DNA of 64,000 nucleotides from a virus: IMG/VR virus record IMGVR_UViG_3300029258_002856; one strand, 5' to 3'. Shown piece by piece: positions 56,001 to 64,000 of this stretch (position 1 is its first letter; each line of letters starts with the position of its first letter). The notes under the pieces were generated by a model. It saw only the letters and a program-made list of their open reading frames with translations, ran no database searches and was not told where the DNA came from. The position numbers and the translations under genes were made by a program.

Positions 56001-57412
56001 CCGGGGCCGGAGTGCGCGTCGACCGGGAGAAGAACCAGCTTGCACTTGCCCCTCTCACGGACGCGGACACCTTGAAGCTCTCCTCAGGAGAAATCAAGGA
56101 CGCCAAGTTGGTGCGTGCCAAGGACTTGAAGCCCGAGCGTGGCGGACTCTTCGACCCCGCAGTTACCGGGGGCGTTCGCGGAGGAAAATGGTCCCACGTC
56201 GCTTTAGCGGAGCCGGTGGTCAACCCCGTATTCCGTGACCCTGTTCGACGTCTCCTGGGGATGACTAACTCCCAACTAGACCAGGCTATCCGGGAGAAGG
56301 GTGCGCGGCACATCAAGCGCGAACTCGGAAAGCTGGACCTGGATACCAGGGAAAAAGAACTCTACAAATCTCTCCGGGGACGTAAAGGTTCTGCGCTGGA
56401 TAACGATGTCAAGCAGCTCAAATATATCAAGGCTCTCAAGAAGCAGGGCCTCACTCCAGGTGACGCCTACGTCATTTCCAAAGTGCCAGTGGTGCCCCCA
56501 GTAGTGCGCCCAATCCTTCCCGGTAAAGGCGGCCAGGAACTCATCTACGGGGACATCAACCCTCTCTACCGCGACCTCGTGTACTTGAACAACCAGTTCA
56601 AAGATGTCAAGCAGTCCAAGCTGCTGCCCGACGAAGAGCAGCGTTTACGGCCTGCGTTGCAACAAGCAGTCGGGGCAGTTTACGGGGTAAATGACCCTAT
56701 CACTGCCAAGTCCAAAGCGCGGGGGCACAAGGGGTTCCTCACATATATCTCCGGTAAGGGAAGTCCCAAGTTCGGGTACTTCCACTCTAAACTCATGCGC
56801 CGTACACAGGACGTATCTGGCCGCGGCACCATTGTTCCCGATGTAACGCTCGGCATGGATGAAGTGGGCCTCCCTGAAGATATGCTGTGGTCCATGTACG
56901 GGAAATTCACCACCAAACGTCTGGTGGAGAAGGGTTACCAACCTCTTCAGGCCCAGCAGATGATTCAGGAGAAACATCCGGCTGCGCGAGAGGCGATGCT
57001 GCGAGAGGCCAAAGATAGGCCGGTGATGATTAACCGGGCTCCTACTCTTCACCGCTACAACATGATTGGGGCGTACGCCAGACCGATTCCGGGCAAGACC
57101 ATTCGGGTCAATCCGTTCCTTGAGAAAGGAATGAACGCGGACTACGACGGCGATACGATGATGGTTCATGTGCCGGTGCAGTCCAAAGCTGTTGACGATG
57201 TGAAGAAGATGACGCTCTCCAACTTACTCTTCGGAGACAAGTCCCGGGATGAGCTCATGGTCTTCCCGCAGCACGAAGCCATCATGGGTATCGCACATGC
57301 ATCTGAGCAGGATTCCGGAGGCGTAGTTAAAAAATTTAAGACTCGGGGTGAAGCGATGAAGGCGTACCATGAAGGTAAAATTGGATTAGGGACGCGAGTG
57401 AAAATAGGTTAG
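53060..57412 (+). CDS. rpoB: Multi-subunit RNA polymerase: beta subunit fused to the N-terminal half of beta-prime
   Basis: Beta motifs GALDPIRTPES..AG, NLVPFLES.QGNRAIMGSKMQ.QA, LGKNL.V, GDKVAGRYGNKGVIS, SRIN, GRQYIMKL; beta-prime motifs GGLFDP, VVPP..RP, DVSGRGTI, INRAPTLH, catalytic NADYDGD. Confidence 0.95.
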   Translation: MPELTPILVDPETRRDMIRVKVLEGLKESFPLKARNRTIEVDNLEVDTKEFSSTDQKNALLRGDSLFERVKGTVRLRDNKGKVLSEASNFTLARVPWFTPRHTLIVGGNEYSISNMVRPKPGVYARKRANGILEANFNVVGGANFNVSMDPEKGEPQLEYGATKVPLYPVLRRAGVSHERISKAWGKQLAEANFKKLWKNSGRTIDKLYGKVIPEYRRTAGADTEAKTREIFARYAEAKMDPDVNRQTLGKGYREVTPDSLLDASGKVLRIFKNADEIDDRDNLDFKSFHSVDDFFKERIKLDAREIARKAAIKSESTPDVKRIIPPGPFTSGLVKFINSSQLASVPTQTNPMELIDSAVRVTSLGEGGISSERAIPMEARQVHVTQMGALDPIRTPESFRAGIDVRAAMMAKRDARGNIYVPVLDAKTRRGKYIRAGDLQRSVVAFPGQQLRGQVEALDNGEIKRLAASRVQYQIPHASALYSPATNLVPFLESAQGNRAIMGSKMQVQALSLVGREAPMVQVKSQTGPTFERIMGGVINPVSPVSGVVKKIDKDYIYVQPDGEKTGAKGNKYVKIPYETNFPLAAKTYLDHKLGVQKGDKVSAGQRLGESNFTDNGVLALGKNLRVGFMAYDGANSNDAVVVSEGGAKKLTSERMYKIVVPRDPDLTFSRDKHRTYYGHGYTKDQYKPIDKEGVIAPGTQINPGDPLVMGLRKTQLTADDVLLGRLHKSLARPFRENVHDWDHDHPGEVVDVVKTPKRIAITVKTREPAGIGDKVAGRYGNKGVISQIVPDDQMVRDEKDRPIDILMTPAGVVSRINPSQIIETAVGKVAEKTGKPIAVENFSGRNNVQWAKDLLKKHGLKDKETVYDPRTGRKIPGVLVGRQYIMKLFKSTDTNYSARGIENYDVNQQPAKGGTQSAKVLGRMEFDALLSHGARNVLREAATLKSQKNDEWWRNMQLGYPTPPPKTTFATDKFLTMLTGAGVRVDREKNQLALAPLTDADTLKLSSGEIKDAKLVRAKDLKPERGGLFDPAVTGGVRGGKWSHVALAEPVVNPVFRDPVRRLLGMTNSQLDQAIREKGARHIKRELGKLDLDTREKELYKSLRGRKGSALDNDVKQLKYIKALKKQGLTPGDAYVISKVPVVPPVVRPILPGKGGQELIYGDINPLYRDLVYLNNQFKDVKQSKLLPDEEQRLRPALQQAVGAVYGVNDPITAKSKARGHKGFLTYISGKGSPKFGYFHSKLMRRTQDVSGRGTIVPDVTLGMDEVGLPEDMLWSMYGKFTTKRLVEKGYQPLQAQQMIQEKHPAAREAMLREAKDRPVMINRAPTLHRYNMIGAYARPIPGKTIRVNPFLEKGMNADYDGDTMMVHVPVQSKAVDDVKKMTLSNLLFGDKSRDELMVFPQHEAIMGIAHASEQDSGGVVKKFKTRGEAMKAYHEGKIGLGTRVKIG

Positions 57413-58909
57413 ATGCCTTACGCCTCACCAGCACAACGCGCCGCAGTCTGGGCCAAACGCAATGCGCAAGCAGTCCTGACTTCGGGAAACCCTGTCACCA
57501 AGCAGGAAGTGCACGATTACTACTCTAACCCGGTCATTAAGCAGCGTGTCTTGGCAGCCCTGGCAAACCGGGACCTTTTGGCAATCCAGTCAAGAAGCCC
57601 GGATGAGCAAATCGTCAGGCGCTACCGCAAGAAGAATGAGCCCATTCGTGTTGAGAACCCCGAGGACCTCGACTGGTATTCCTCTCGACGCTACACCGAG
57701 TTCCATCCTACGGTCGGGGAGAAGACGGATGAGGTCTGGGTGGATATCGACCCGGGCAAAAACAAGAATACCGAGGACACCAAGGGTCCTACAAAATTTG
57801 TCTATGACCTCCTACGCACCATCCCCGCAGTCAAAGCCGTTGAGCTGGCGTTTTCTGGTGGGCGGGGATTTCATGTGCGTGGAAAACTAGATAAGCCTCG
57901 ACCGACCAATGAAGCCCGTGGAATGCTCCAGGAGTATCTGAAACAGCTCCCTGAACGGCATACGGAACTCACGCTCAAGACGCCGAGGCCAGATGAGATT
58001 CGGTTGGATGTCTCTACCTTGCACCCAAAAGGCTCTATCCGGGCTCCGTATTCTCTCAACGCAGAGACGGGTCTCGTAGCAGTACCGCTCGTTCCATCTC
58101 AGCTCGAGAAGTTCAACCCGCAGAAAGATGCGACACCACAAACGGTGTTGGGCAAGACCGAGTTCGCTCCCGGTATCCCTCAAGAGCGAAAAACATACCC
58201 CCTCCCCGATTTCAAGCGACCGAAAACTTGGACTCTCGCAATCCAAGAACACGATGCGCAACGGGCCGGGAAGCATTGGGACCTTCGCCTCGTCGACCCT
58301 CGAACAACGCATGCCCACTCCTGGGCAGTGCCAAAGGCGCAGTTCCCGCAAGGCAATAGCCCGCTTCTGGCGGTACAGACTCCGACACATACGGCGAGGT
58401 ACGCTCTCACCTTCGGGGAACGCAAACCCAAGGAGATTCGGAAGGGGTATGGAAAGGGCGTCGTTCAAATTTTGCACAAGGAACCTGTAAAGGTCTTGTC
58501 GTCTTCGCCCGATAAAATTAAATTTGAGAGAGACGTGGACGGAAATCCGGAGAGGTACATGCTGTTCAAGTCAAAAGAAAATTCATGGTTGATGCGCCGA
58601 ATCAAAGAAGCGGGGCGTGCAGCTATGCTCAAGAAGTTGGGCGTCGACAAGAGTAAATTCGTGGGCAAGAAACCCTCTAACACCGAGCTGGAAACCCCAA
58701 TGGATGTCGAGGATGAGGGGCTCCCGGCAGGACAGCTTGCTCGTGCCCTCTCGGATATACCGACGGCTGCGGGGCGAGAGAACCGTGATGCTCAAGGCAC
58801 TGATGATGTGGAGGGACGCCTCAACCGCACGACGACTTGGACTGAGCCTGACCACATCCCGATTGACTACGCTCAGGGTCCGTCGCCGGTTATGCCGGGG
58901 AAATTCTAA
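57413..58909 (+). CDS. LigD-like AEP primase-polymerase plus 3'-phosphoesterase domain protein (no ligase domain)
   Basis: AEP VDIDPG, FSGGRGFHV, RAPYSL; PE domain IQEHDA.RAG.HWDLRL, SWAVPK, LAVQTPTH. Confidence 0.85.
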   Translation: MPYASPAQRAAVWAKRNAQAVLTSGNPVTKQEVHDYYSNPVIKQRVLAALANRDLLAIQSRSPDEQIVRRYRKKNEPIRVENPEDLDWYSSRRYTEFHPTVGEKTDEVWVDIDPGKNKNTEDTKGPTKFVYDLLRTIPAVKAVELAFSGGRGFHVRGKLDKPRPTNEARGMLQEYLKQLPERHTELTLKTPRPDEIRLDVSTLHPKGSIRAPYSLNAETGLVAVPLVPSQLEKFNPQKDATPQTVLGKTEFAPGIPQERKTYPLPDFKRPKTWTLAIQEHDAQRAGKHWDLRLVDPRTTHAHSWAVPKAQFPQGNSPLLAVQTPTHTARYALTFGERKPKEIRKGYGKGVVQILHKEPVKVLSSSPDKIKFERDVDGNPERYMLFKSKENSWLMRRIKEAGRAAMLKKLGVDKSKFVGKKPSNTELETPMDVEDEGLPAGQLARALSDIPTAAGRENRDAQGTDDVEGRLNRTTTWTEPDHIPIDYAQGPSPVMPGKF

Positions 58910-60708
58910 TGGCTGAAGGTCAACCGTTCGGGCGCTGGCTCTTGAATACCCAGTTGCCTTCTGGGTTCAAGGTCAACTCCCCCGTGGGAAAGAAGCGCCT
59001 CAACCAAATGATGAATGACCTGGCGCGCAAGGACCCTACGCAATACACCACGACTATTGCAGGCCTTAAACGTCTAGGCGATGAGCTTGCGACGCAGGAA
59101 GGCCTCTCCATCGGGCTGGATGACATCGAGCCTGAATACCGGAAACGGGATGCGCAGATGCGTCCCTTCCGTCAGAAGTTTCAGGCGGCACGTACAACCG
59201 CACAGAAGCGCCAGATACTGGAGCAGCTCCACGGAAAAATTACTGATGCCGCCATGAAGCACCGCGGGAGTCTCACGCAGCAAGTACAGAGCGGTGCTCG
59301 CGGTTCTCCCACTCAGTACATGAAGATTGTCGGTAGCCCGGTATACGCTCGGGATGCCAATGGAAAAGTTACTCCTTGGCTCATCCCACGTTCCTACAGT
59401 GAAGGGTTATCGGCTGCTGACTACTGGGCTGCGGGCAACGAAGCTATCTCGGATACCATCAAGTCGAGCACTGCGGTGTCCGAGCCCGGAGAGCTGTCCA
59501 AGATTCTCATTAACAACATGAACGATATCGTGGTGACCGAACAGGATTGCGGAACGGTCAATGGTATCCTCATGGACCCCAAAAACCCCGATGTTCAAGA
59601 CCGTTATCTGGCTCGCAGTGAAGGGGGAGTGCGGAAAGACACCCTCATCAGTCCACAGGTGCAAGCCCGACTGGCCAAGAGCAAGAAGAAAATCCTGGTG
59701 CGTTCGCCGATGACTTGTGAGGCCGGTGATGGGGTCTGCCAGAAGTGCCAGGGTCTCAATGAGCGCGGGAACCTTCACACAGTAGGCACCAATGTTGGCA
59801 TCCGAGCAGCCCAGGCCATGGCGGAACCGCTCACCCAGTTCGCCCTCAATGCGAAGCATGGTGTTCGTACGGCCAAGAGCGACCGCTTGCAAGTTCACGG
59901 CATGCAGGGCTTTCGCCAGATGACAGAATCACCTCGGCAGTTCATGAACAAGGCGACCCTGGCAGGGGAAGAAGGGAAGGTCACGAAGATTGAGAAGGCC
60001 CCGCAAGGAGGACATTTCGTCTACGTCGGCAGCACCAAACATTACGTGACTCCCAACATCAACGTTGTGGCCAAGGTGGGACAGAAGGTCGAACGCGGAG
60101 ACGCGCTGAGCGGTGGGATACCCAAGCCAGATGAGGTGGTAGCCTTCAAAGGTTTGGGAGCTGGACGTCGATATATGGTCGATACGTTGAAGGAACTCTA
60201 CAAGAACCAAGGACGTAATCTCGACCAACGACACTTCGAGCTGTTGGCCAAAGGCGAACTCAATCACGTACGTATCGTGGATGACCCAGGTAGGAACTTC
60301 ATTCCCGGCGATATTGTAGATTACAATCACTTCCGTTCGATTTTACGGGGTAATACGAAGACTCTTCCATTGACGCAAGCGCGCGGGGAGACCCTCGGGA
60401 AAGAGCACCTCCACTTCTCCGCCGGGACTCGTGTGACTCCTTCGGTGGAGCGGGCACTCCACAAAGAGAAAATCAAGGATGTCATCATTGCACCCCGGGC
60501 TCCTGAGGTTGAGTTTGTGATGAAGCCCGCTACTAGAGCCCCGCTTCTTAACCCAGATTGGATGGCTCGTTTGGCGCACCGGAACCTGAAGACAACGCTT
60601 CAACAAGCTGCGCACTTTGGTGATGTTACGAATGTCCACGGAACAAATCCCATCCCGGCCTATGTTTTTGGCGTAGAATTTGGGCAGGGAGAAGAGGGAC
60701 GATACTGA
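58909..60708 (+). CDS. rpoC: RNA polymerase beta-prime C-terminal half
   Basis: GLSIGLDD, QSGARGS, SY.EGLS..DYW, bridge helix TAVSEPGELSKIL, DCGT, RSPMTC..GVCQKC.G, trigger loop VGIRAAQAMAEPLTQFALNAKH. Confidence 0.93.
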   Translation: MAEGQPFGRWLLNTQLPSGFKVNSPVGKKRLNQMMNDLARKDPTQYTTTIAGLKRLGDELATQEGLSIGLDDIEPEYRKRDAQMRPFRQKFQAARTTAQKRQILEQLHGKITDAAMKHRGSLTQQVQSGARGSPTQYMKIVGSPVYARDANGKVTPWLIPRSYSEGLSAADYWAAGNEAISDTIKSSTAVSEPGELSKILINNMNDIVVTEQDCGTVNGILMDPKNPDVQDRYLARSEGGVRKDTLISPQVQARLAKSKKKILVRSPMTCEAGDGVCQKCQGLNERGNLHTVGTNVGIRAAQAMAEPLTQFALNAKHGVRTAKSDRLQVHGMQGFRQMTESPRQFMNKATLAGEEGKVTKIEKAPQGGHFVYVGSTKHYVTPNINVVAKVGQKVERGDALSGGIPKPDEVVAFKGLGAGRRYMVDTLKELYKNQGRNLDQRHFELLAKGELNHVRIVDDPGRNFIPGDIVDYNHFRSILRGNTKTLPLTQARGETLGKEHLHFSAGTRVTPSVERALHKEKIKDVIIAPRAPEVEFVMKPATRAPLLNPDWMARLAHRNLKTTLQQAAHFGDVTNVHGTNPIPAYVFGVEFGQGEEGRY

Positions 60709-61256
60709 TGTCGAATTTCGAAGCAGGCTACAACGCTACACTAGCCTCTCTGGGAATAACCAAGGAGGCTCGCATCTGGCCCGCACTTCGAGGATTCGGG
60801 CAGAGGTTCGCCAAAAACTTCAAGCAAATTGCCGTTGGGAGTCCCCTCCAGGCCACGAAAGAAATCATGGCTGGGAAGGCTCTGAAGCCCGGAGGACTTA
60901 TTCGAGCGGGATTCGACCCCGGAAAAGGCAAGATGGGACTTCTGATGGGTGGCCTCTTCTACGGGCTCCCGGCCTATCAAGCGTACAAGGTATATAAGAG
61001 CGATGCTCCGAACAAGGCTGAAGAAATCGGCAAGATTCTCGGGGGGACCGCTGCTGGCCTGGGGACCTGGCGTGCTTACGGGATGTTGGGGTCTATGTTG
61101 GCGACGCCAATAGGCGAGCGTCTCGGTGGGGCAGCAGGACGATTAGGACAAACGCTGGCCGGAAAACCTGTTCCGAAAGAAGCCCCGCCCCCTCCGCCTC
61201 CCCGCACAGGGATGTTGCCAGCGCAACCTCAATATGGGATGTACCCCTATTACTAG
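60708..61256 (+). CDS. Hypothetical Gly-rich basic protein (putative virion protein)
   Basis: TGATG coupling; FEAGYNATLASLGITKEA motif; Pro-rich tail. Confidence 0.65.
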   Translation: MSNFEAGYNATLASLGITKEARIWPALRGFGQRFAKNFKQIAVGSPLQATKEIMAGKALKPGGLIRAGFDPGKGKMGLLMGGLFYGLPAYQAYKVYKSDAPNKAEEIGKILGGTAAGLGTWRAYGMLGSMLATPIGERLGGAAGRLGQTLAGKPVPKEAPPPPPPRTGMLPAQPQYGMYPYY

Positions 61257-61282
61257 GGGTTGGGTTTTTTACAAAGGCGGCA

Positions 61283-61291
61283 TATACTTCA
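61283..61291 (+). promoter_or_regulatory. TATACTTCA promoter-like motif
   Basis: Intergenic, 46 nt upstream of the 61337 start; same 9-mer as at 53030. Confidence 0.5.
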
Positions 61292-61336
61292 CGGTGAGTT
61301 TTAACCGATCACCGGTCAAAAAGGAGAGGTAGACAA

Positions 61337-61888
61337 ATGAATCACCAGCAACTTCTTGAGCAAGTCAAGTTGGCTTACGCTTACGGCGCAAGCGTGGCGC
61401 TTCAGGAAGCTGGCGTGGACCAGGCTACTGCGGAGCAGGCCGGGATCAAGCTGGCTGAGGAAGCCGTTACCCAAGAGAAGCGAGCCGAAGAAGACGAAGA
61501 GGGTATCCACCCGGCGCTCCTGGCTCTCCTGGGTGCCGGTGGCGGCGCGGCCCTCGGCGCAGGCGCGGGGGGACTCGTCGGCAAGCTGACGGGTAAGAAC
61601 CTGCTTTCACGGGGCATGCGGCCACTAGGTAAGGCCGTTGACCGTCTCGGTGGTCCCGCGAATGTGCCCAGCGTACCGTCTGGCGGCCTCATCGACACCA
61701 AGAAACTCCAAGCGTTGCAAGAGGCGGCACAACTGTCACCGAAGGAGCAGCTGGCGAACAAGCTGCACGACCTCCTGATGGGTGCGGGTCGCATGGGCTC
61801 CATTCGTGGCAGTGCGGCGGCGGGCGCGGGAATGGGCGGTGTCGCGGGTGGTACGGCGGGCGGCTTGCTCGGCGGATTGCAGGACTAA
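61337..61888 (+). CDS. Hypothetical K-x-A/Gly-rich protein (putative virion protein)
   Basis: SD AGGAGAGG; KLAY, KLAE, KRAE; glycine-zipper-like segments. Confidence 0.7.
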   Translation: MNHQQLLEQVKLAYAYGASVALQEAGVDQATAEQAGIKLAEEAVTQEKRAEEDEEGIHPALLALLGAGGGAALGAGAGGLVGKLTGKNLLSRGMRPLGKAVDRLGGPANVPSVPSGGLIDTKKLQALQEAAQLSPKEQLANKLHDLLMGAGRMGSIRGSAAAGAGMGGVAGGTAGGLLGGLQD

Positions 61889-61911
61889 GGGCGGCTAAAG
61901 AGGAGTTGAAA

Positions 61912-62940
61912 ATGCATATTTTCAAACGAGCACACTTCCGCGGAATGCTCCACGAGCTTCAGCGACGGGGCTACGTCACGCTTCCGTCTGAGAAGATTGC
62001 GGAGGAAGTGGCGGATGCAGTAGCCGATGAGTACGAGGACGAAGTGATTCCCCCGGTTACTGATGAGTCGGGCTTGACGGAAGATGAGGCTGCGGAAGCC
62101 GTCAATAAGCTTGTCGAAGTCGCCGAAGTCATCGCGGAGAAGTCCGGTGCTGCTGTCGACCCGGCCTACCAGCAGAAGGTCGCGTCGGTTACCACCGATG
62201 AGATGTACAAAGAGGCCGCATCCCAGGCCGCCATCTCTCTCATCGAGAAGGCCGCATTGGAAGGACCCATTATCCCCGGGCAGAAGCCCCCGGAGGATGG
62301 GCTCGACGCCACCAACGAGGCGCAAGTCGACGCGACGGACAACCCCTCGGCGGAGGTCATTGTCCCGAAGGGTGAGTCCTCGATGGACGCCACCCCCGGC
62401 GCGGTGGGACATGAGGCAATCCGTCCAGACCAGCCCGGGGCTAATGACGGTGATACTCCCGTGGAGGTAGCCGATGTGAAAGTCTCGTCCGTCGATGCCC
62501 TCCTGGCTAAACTCGGCATGGGAGCTAGCACCATGGCCGCCCCCTCTCCGGCGGGCGATGGTTCTCCCGGAGCTGCCGGGGGGAAGGGCGATGGGCGCAA
62601 GGACCTCGAGACCAACCTCGGGATGGGCAAGGACATGATTGTCCCGCAGGGGGATACCAAGCAGACTCCTCCGGCAGTCCCGGTGCCCCTCAAGAGTGCT
62701 CCGGCAGCTGCGGGCGTGGACATCACGCAGAAGGACAAGCCGCAGACTGACGTGCAAGCCGACATCAGTAAGGCGGCGTCTCTTCTTCTGAAGACCGAAC
62801 GTGGGCGTGCCATCCTGAAGAAGATTGGCGAAGAGCTCAAGGAAGATGAGGAAGAAGAGAAGAAGAAGGACGACGAAGAGAAGGCCGCTGCTGAAATCCT
62901 TCGTCGTGCTCTGGGCCACGCCTCCCAAGCCGTCAGTTAA
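61912..62940 (+). CDS. Hypothetical acidic K-x-A-rich protein (putative scaffold/head protein)
   Basis: Start ATG 61912 (SD GAGGAG); KRAH, KIAE, KVAS, KEAA, KAAL, KAAS, KAAA. Confidence 0.7.
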   Translation: MHIFKRAHFRGMLHELQRRGYVTLPSEKIAEEVADAVADEYEDEVIPPVTDESGLTEDEAAEAVNKLVEVAEVIAEKSGAAVDPAYQQKVASVTTDEMYKEAASQAAISLIEKAALEGPIIPGQKPPEDGLDATNEAQVDATDNPSAEVIVPKGESSMDATPGAVGHEAIRPDQPGANDGDTPVEVADVKVSSVDALLAKLGMGASTMAAPSPAGDGSPGAAGGKGDGRKDLETNLGMGKDMIVPQGDTKQTPPAVPVPLKSAPAAAGVDITQKDKPQTDVQADISKAASLLLKTERGRAILKKIGEELKEDEEEEKKKDDEEKAAAEILRRALGHASQAVS

Positions 62941-62945
62941 GACTT

Positions 62946-63003
62946 TCCTCCCTAAAATCTCCACAGTATAATTCATTTCGACTACCCTACTGTAAAGGGA
63001 GGA
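62946..63003 (+). promoter_or_regulatory. TATAATTCA promoter motif flanked by inverted repeats that sequester the SD of the 63011 gene
   Basis: TCCTCCCT (62946-62953)/AGGGAGGA (62996-63003); ACAGTA (62963-62968)/TACTGT (62988-62993); TATAATTCA at 62967-62975. Confidence 0.55.
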
Positions 63004-63010
63004 TTTACGT

Positions 63011-64000
63011 ATGCCTGGAATGTCAATGTCACCGAACGTAAACGCCTACGGCGAAGTGCCAGCAGCAGAGCAGGCCGAAGAGCTGTTCAAGCAGGAGTTC
63101 GCGAAGGCAGCGTGGGCGGTAATCCTGTCGAAGTTCCCGGACCTCTCACCTTCAGTGGTGACGTTCAAAATTCTGGAGACTGACGCAGAGACCGGCAAGG
63201 GTGTTGGCGCGTTCATCCTCCTCTATGAGCAAAAACCTATCTACATCCCTGTGGTGATGGTAGACAGCAAGCTCAAACCCCTGGAGATGTTCTACTACAA
63301 AGAGATGAACATCTTCCTGCCGCTCTCTAAGACCTGGCTGGAGGAAGTCTCCAAAATGAGTTTGGATGAGATGGGACGCGGGGAGGACATTCCAGACAGT
63401 GTTCCCCGGGACGTCAACATCCGGGACCTCGTGATGCCCCCGTACACGCAGAGTGGGCGCGTGGGGTTGGCGCATGACCTGGAGCACGGAGCACAAGCGC
63501 TGTTCAAAGAGGCTGAGAACCAGGAGGTGGAGATACACCCCCGGTTCCTTCACGCCATTCGCCGTGCGCCGAAGGTGGCCCTCGACGGCATCAAGGTGGC
63601 GTTCCAGCACAATCCCGCACTACTCCAGAAGATTGCCAAGGTTTACGGAGTAAAAGAACTGACTGCTGCCATCACTGAGGGCTACCAGAAGGCGCACATG
63701 TCTTCGCAGCTCCAAGAGAAGGTGGCGTCGGTACGAGAAGGTGCGCTCGAAGTTTTCACCAAAGAGGCCTCTTCGGACCGACTCCGTGAAGTGTTTGGAC
63801 CCAAGGCCGGTGAAGCCTTCATGGAAATTCTCACCAAGGGTTACGCCGTACAGGACACCCGGCACGTGAAGCACGCGGCCATTTCGGTGAAACTCGAGAC
63901 CGAGGCGAAGCTCCAGGCTCCTGGCCCTGCGCCGGGGTGGTTCAAGCTGTTCTTCGTGGATGGTCCAGCCGGGAACTACCTGGTCATCCCCCACCCGAAG
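63011..64000 (+). CDS. Hypothetical K-x-A-rich protein (3'-partial; absent from the ORF track)
   Basis: ATG 63011 with SD GGGAGG; MPGMSMSPNVNAYGEV... frame stays open to the window end; KAAW, KEAE, KIAK, KVAS, KEAS, KHAA. Confidence 0.8.
   Translation, partial: MPGMSMSPNVNAYGEVPAAEQAEELFKQEFAKAAWAVILSKFPDLSPSVVTFKILETDAETGKGVGAFILLYEQKPIYIPVVMVDSKLKPLEMFYYKEMNIFLPLSKTWLEEVSKMSLDEMGRGEDIPDSVPRDVNIRDLVMPPYTQSGRVGLAHDLEHGAQALFKEAENQEVEIHPRFLHAIRRAPKVALDGIKVAFQHNPALLQKIAKVYGVKELTAAITEGYQKAHMSSQLQEKVASVREGALEVFTKEASSDRLREVFGPKAGEAFMEILTKGYAVQDTRHVKHAAISVKLETEAKLQAPGPAPGWFKLFFVDGPAGNYLVIPHPK

Overview
A 64 kb slice of a large, moderately GC-rich dsDNA tailed phage (contractile-tail, probably jumbo-class); no rRNA, tRNA or CRISPR array was seen. 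Plus-strand blocks carry virion and late genes: tail fibre/tailspike, baseplate (hub with a lytic transglycosylase domain, gp25-like, gpJ-like), terminase, probable portal, and many K-x-A-rich putative head proteins. They also carry a phage-encoded multi-subunit RNA polymerase in an unusual layout: beta fused to the N-terminal half of beta-prime, the C-terminal half of beta-prime as a separate gene, and a LigD-like polymerase/phosphoesterase between them. Minus-strand blocks carry DNA metabolism genes: class II RNR, RuvC, UDG-PolA, primase-helicase, two PD-(D/E)XK nucleases, SNF2 helicase, ParB, MoxR AAA plus vWA-metallopeptidase, and an amidase. The most notable elements are (i) a retron-like reverse transcriptase with atypical motifs and a Zn-finger insert, in a tight operon with a vWA-metallopeptidase and two Cys-cluster ORFs and with no room for an adjacent msr-msd; (ii) a ~510 nt hairpin-dense non-coding region right after the terminase, with a closing stem, a possible pseudoknot and G-U pairs favouring the plus strand; and (iii) a self-contained ~185 nt minus-strand transcript (promoter, 5'-3' pairing, two SD-led micro-ORFs, terminator) just upstream of the RNAP gene. 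All functional calls come from motif recognition by eye, not database searches.
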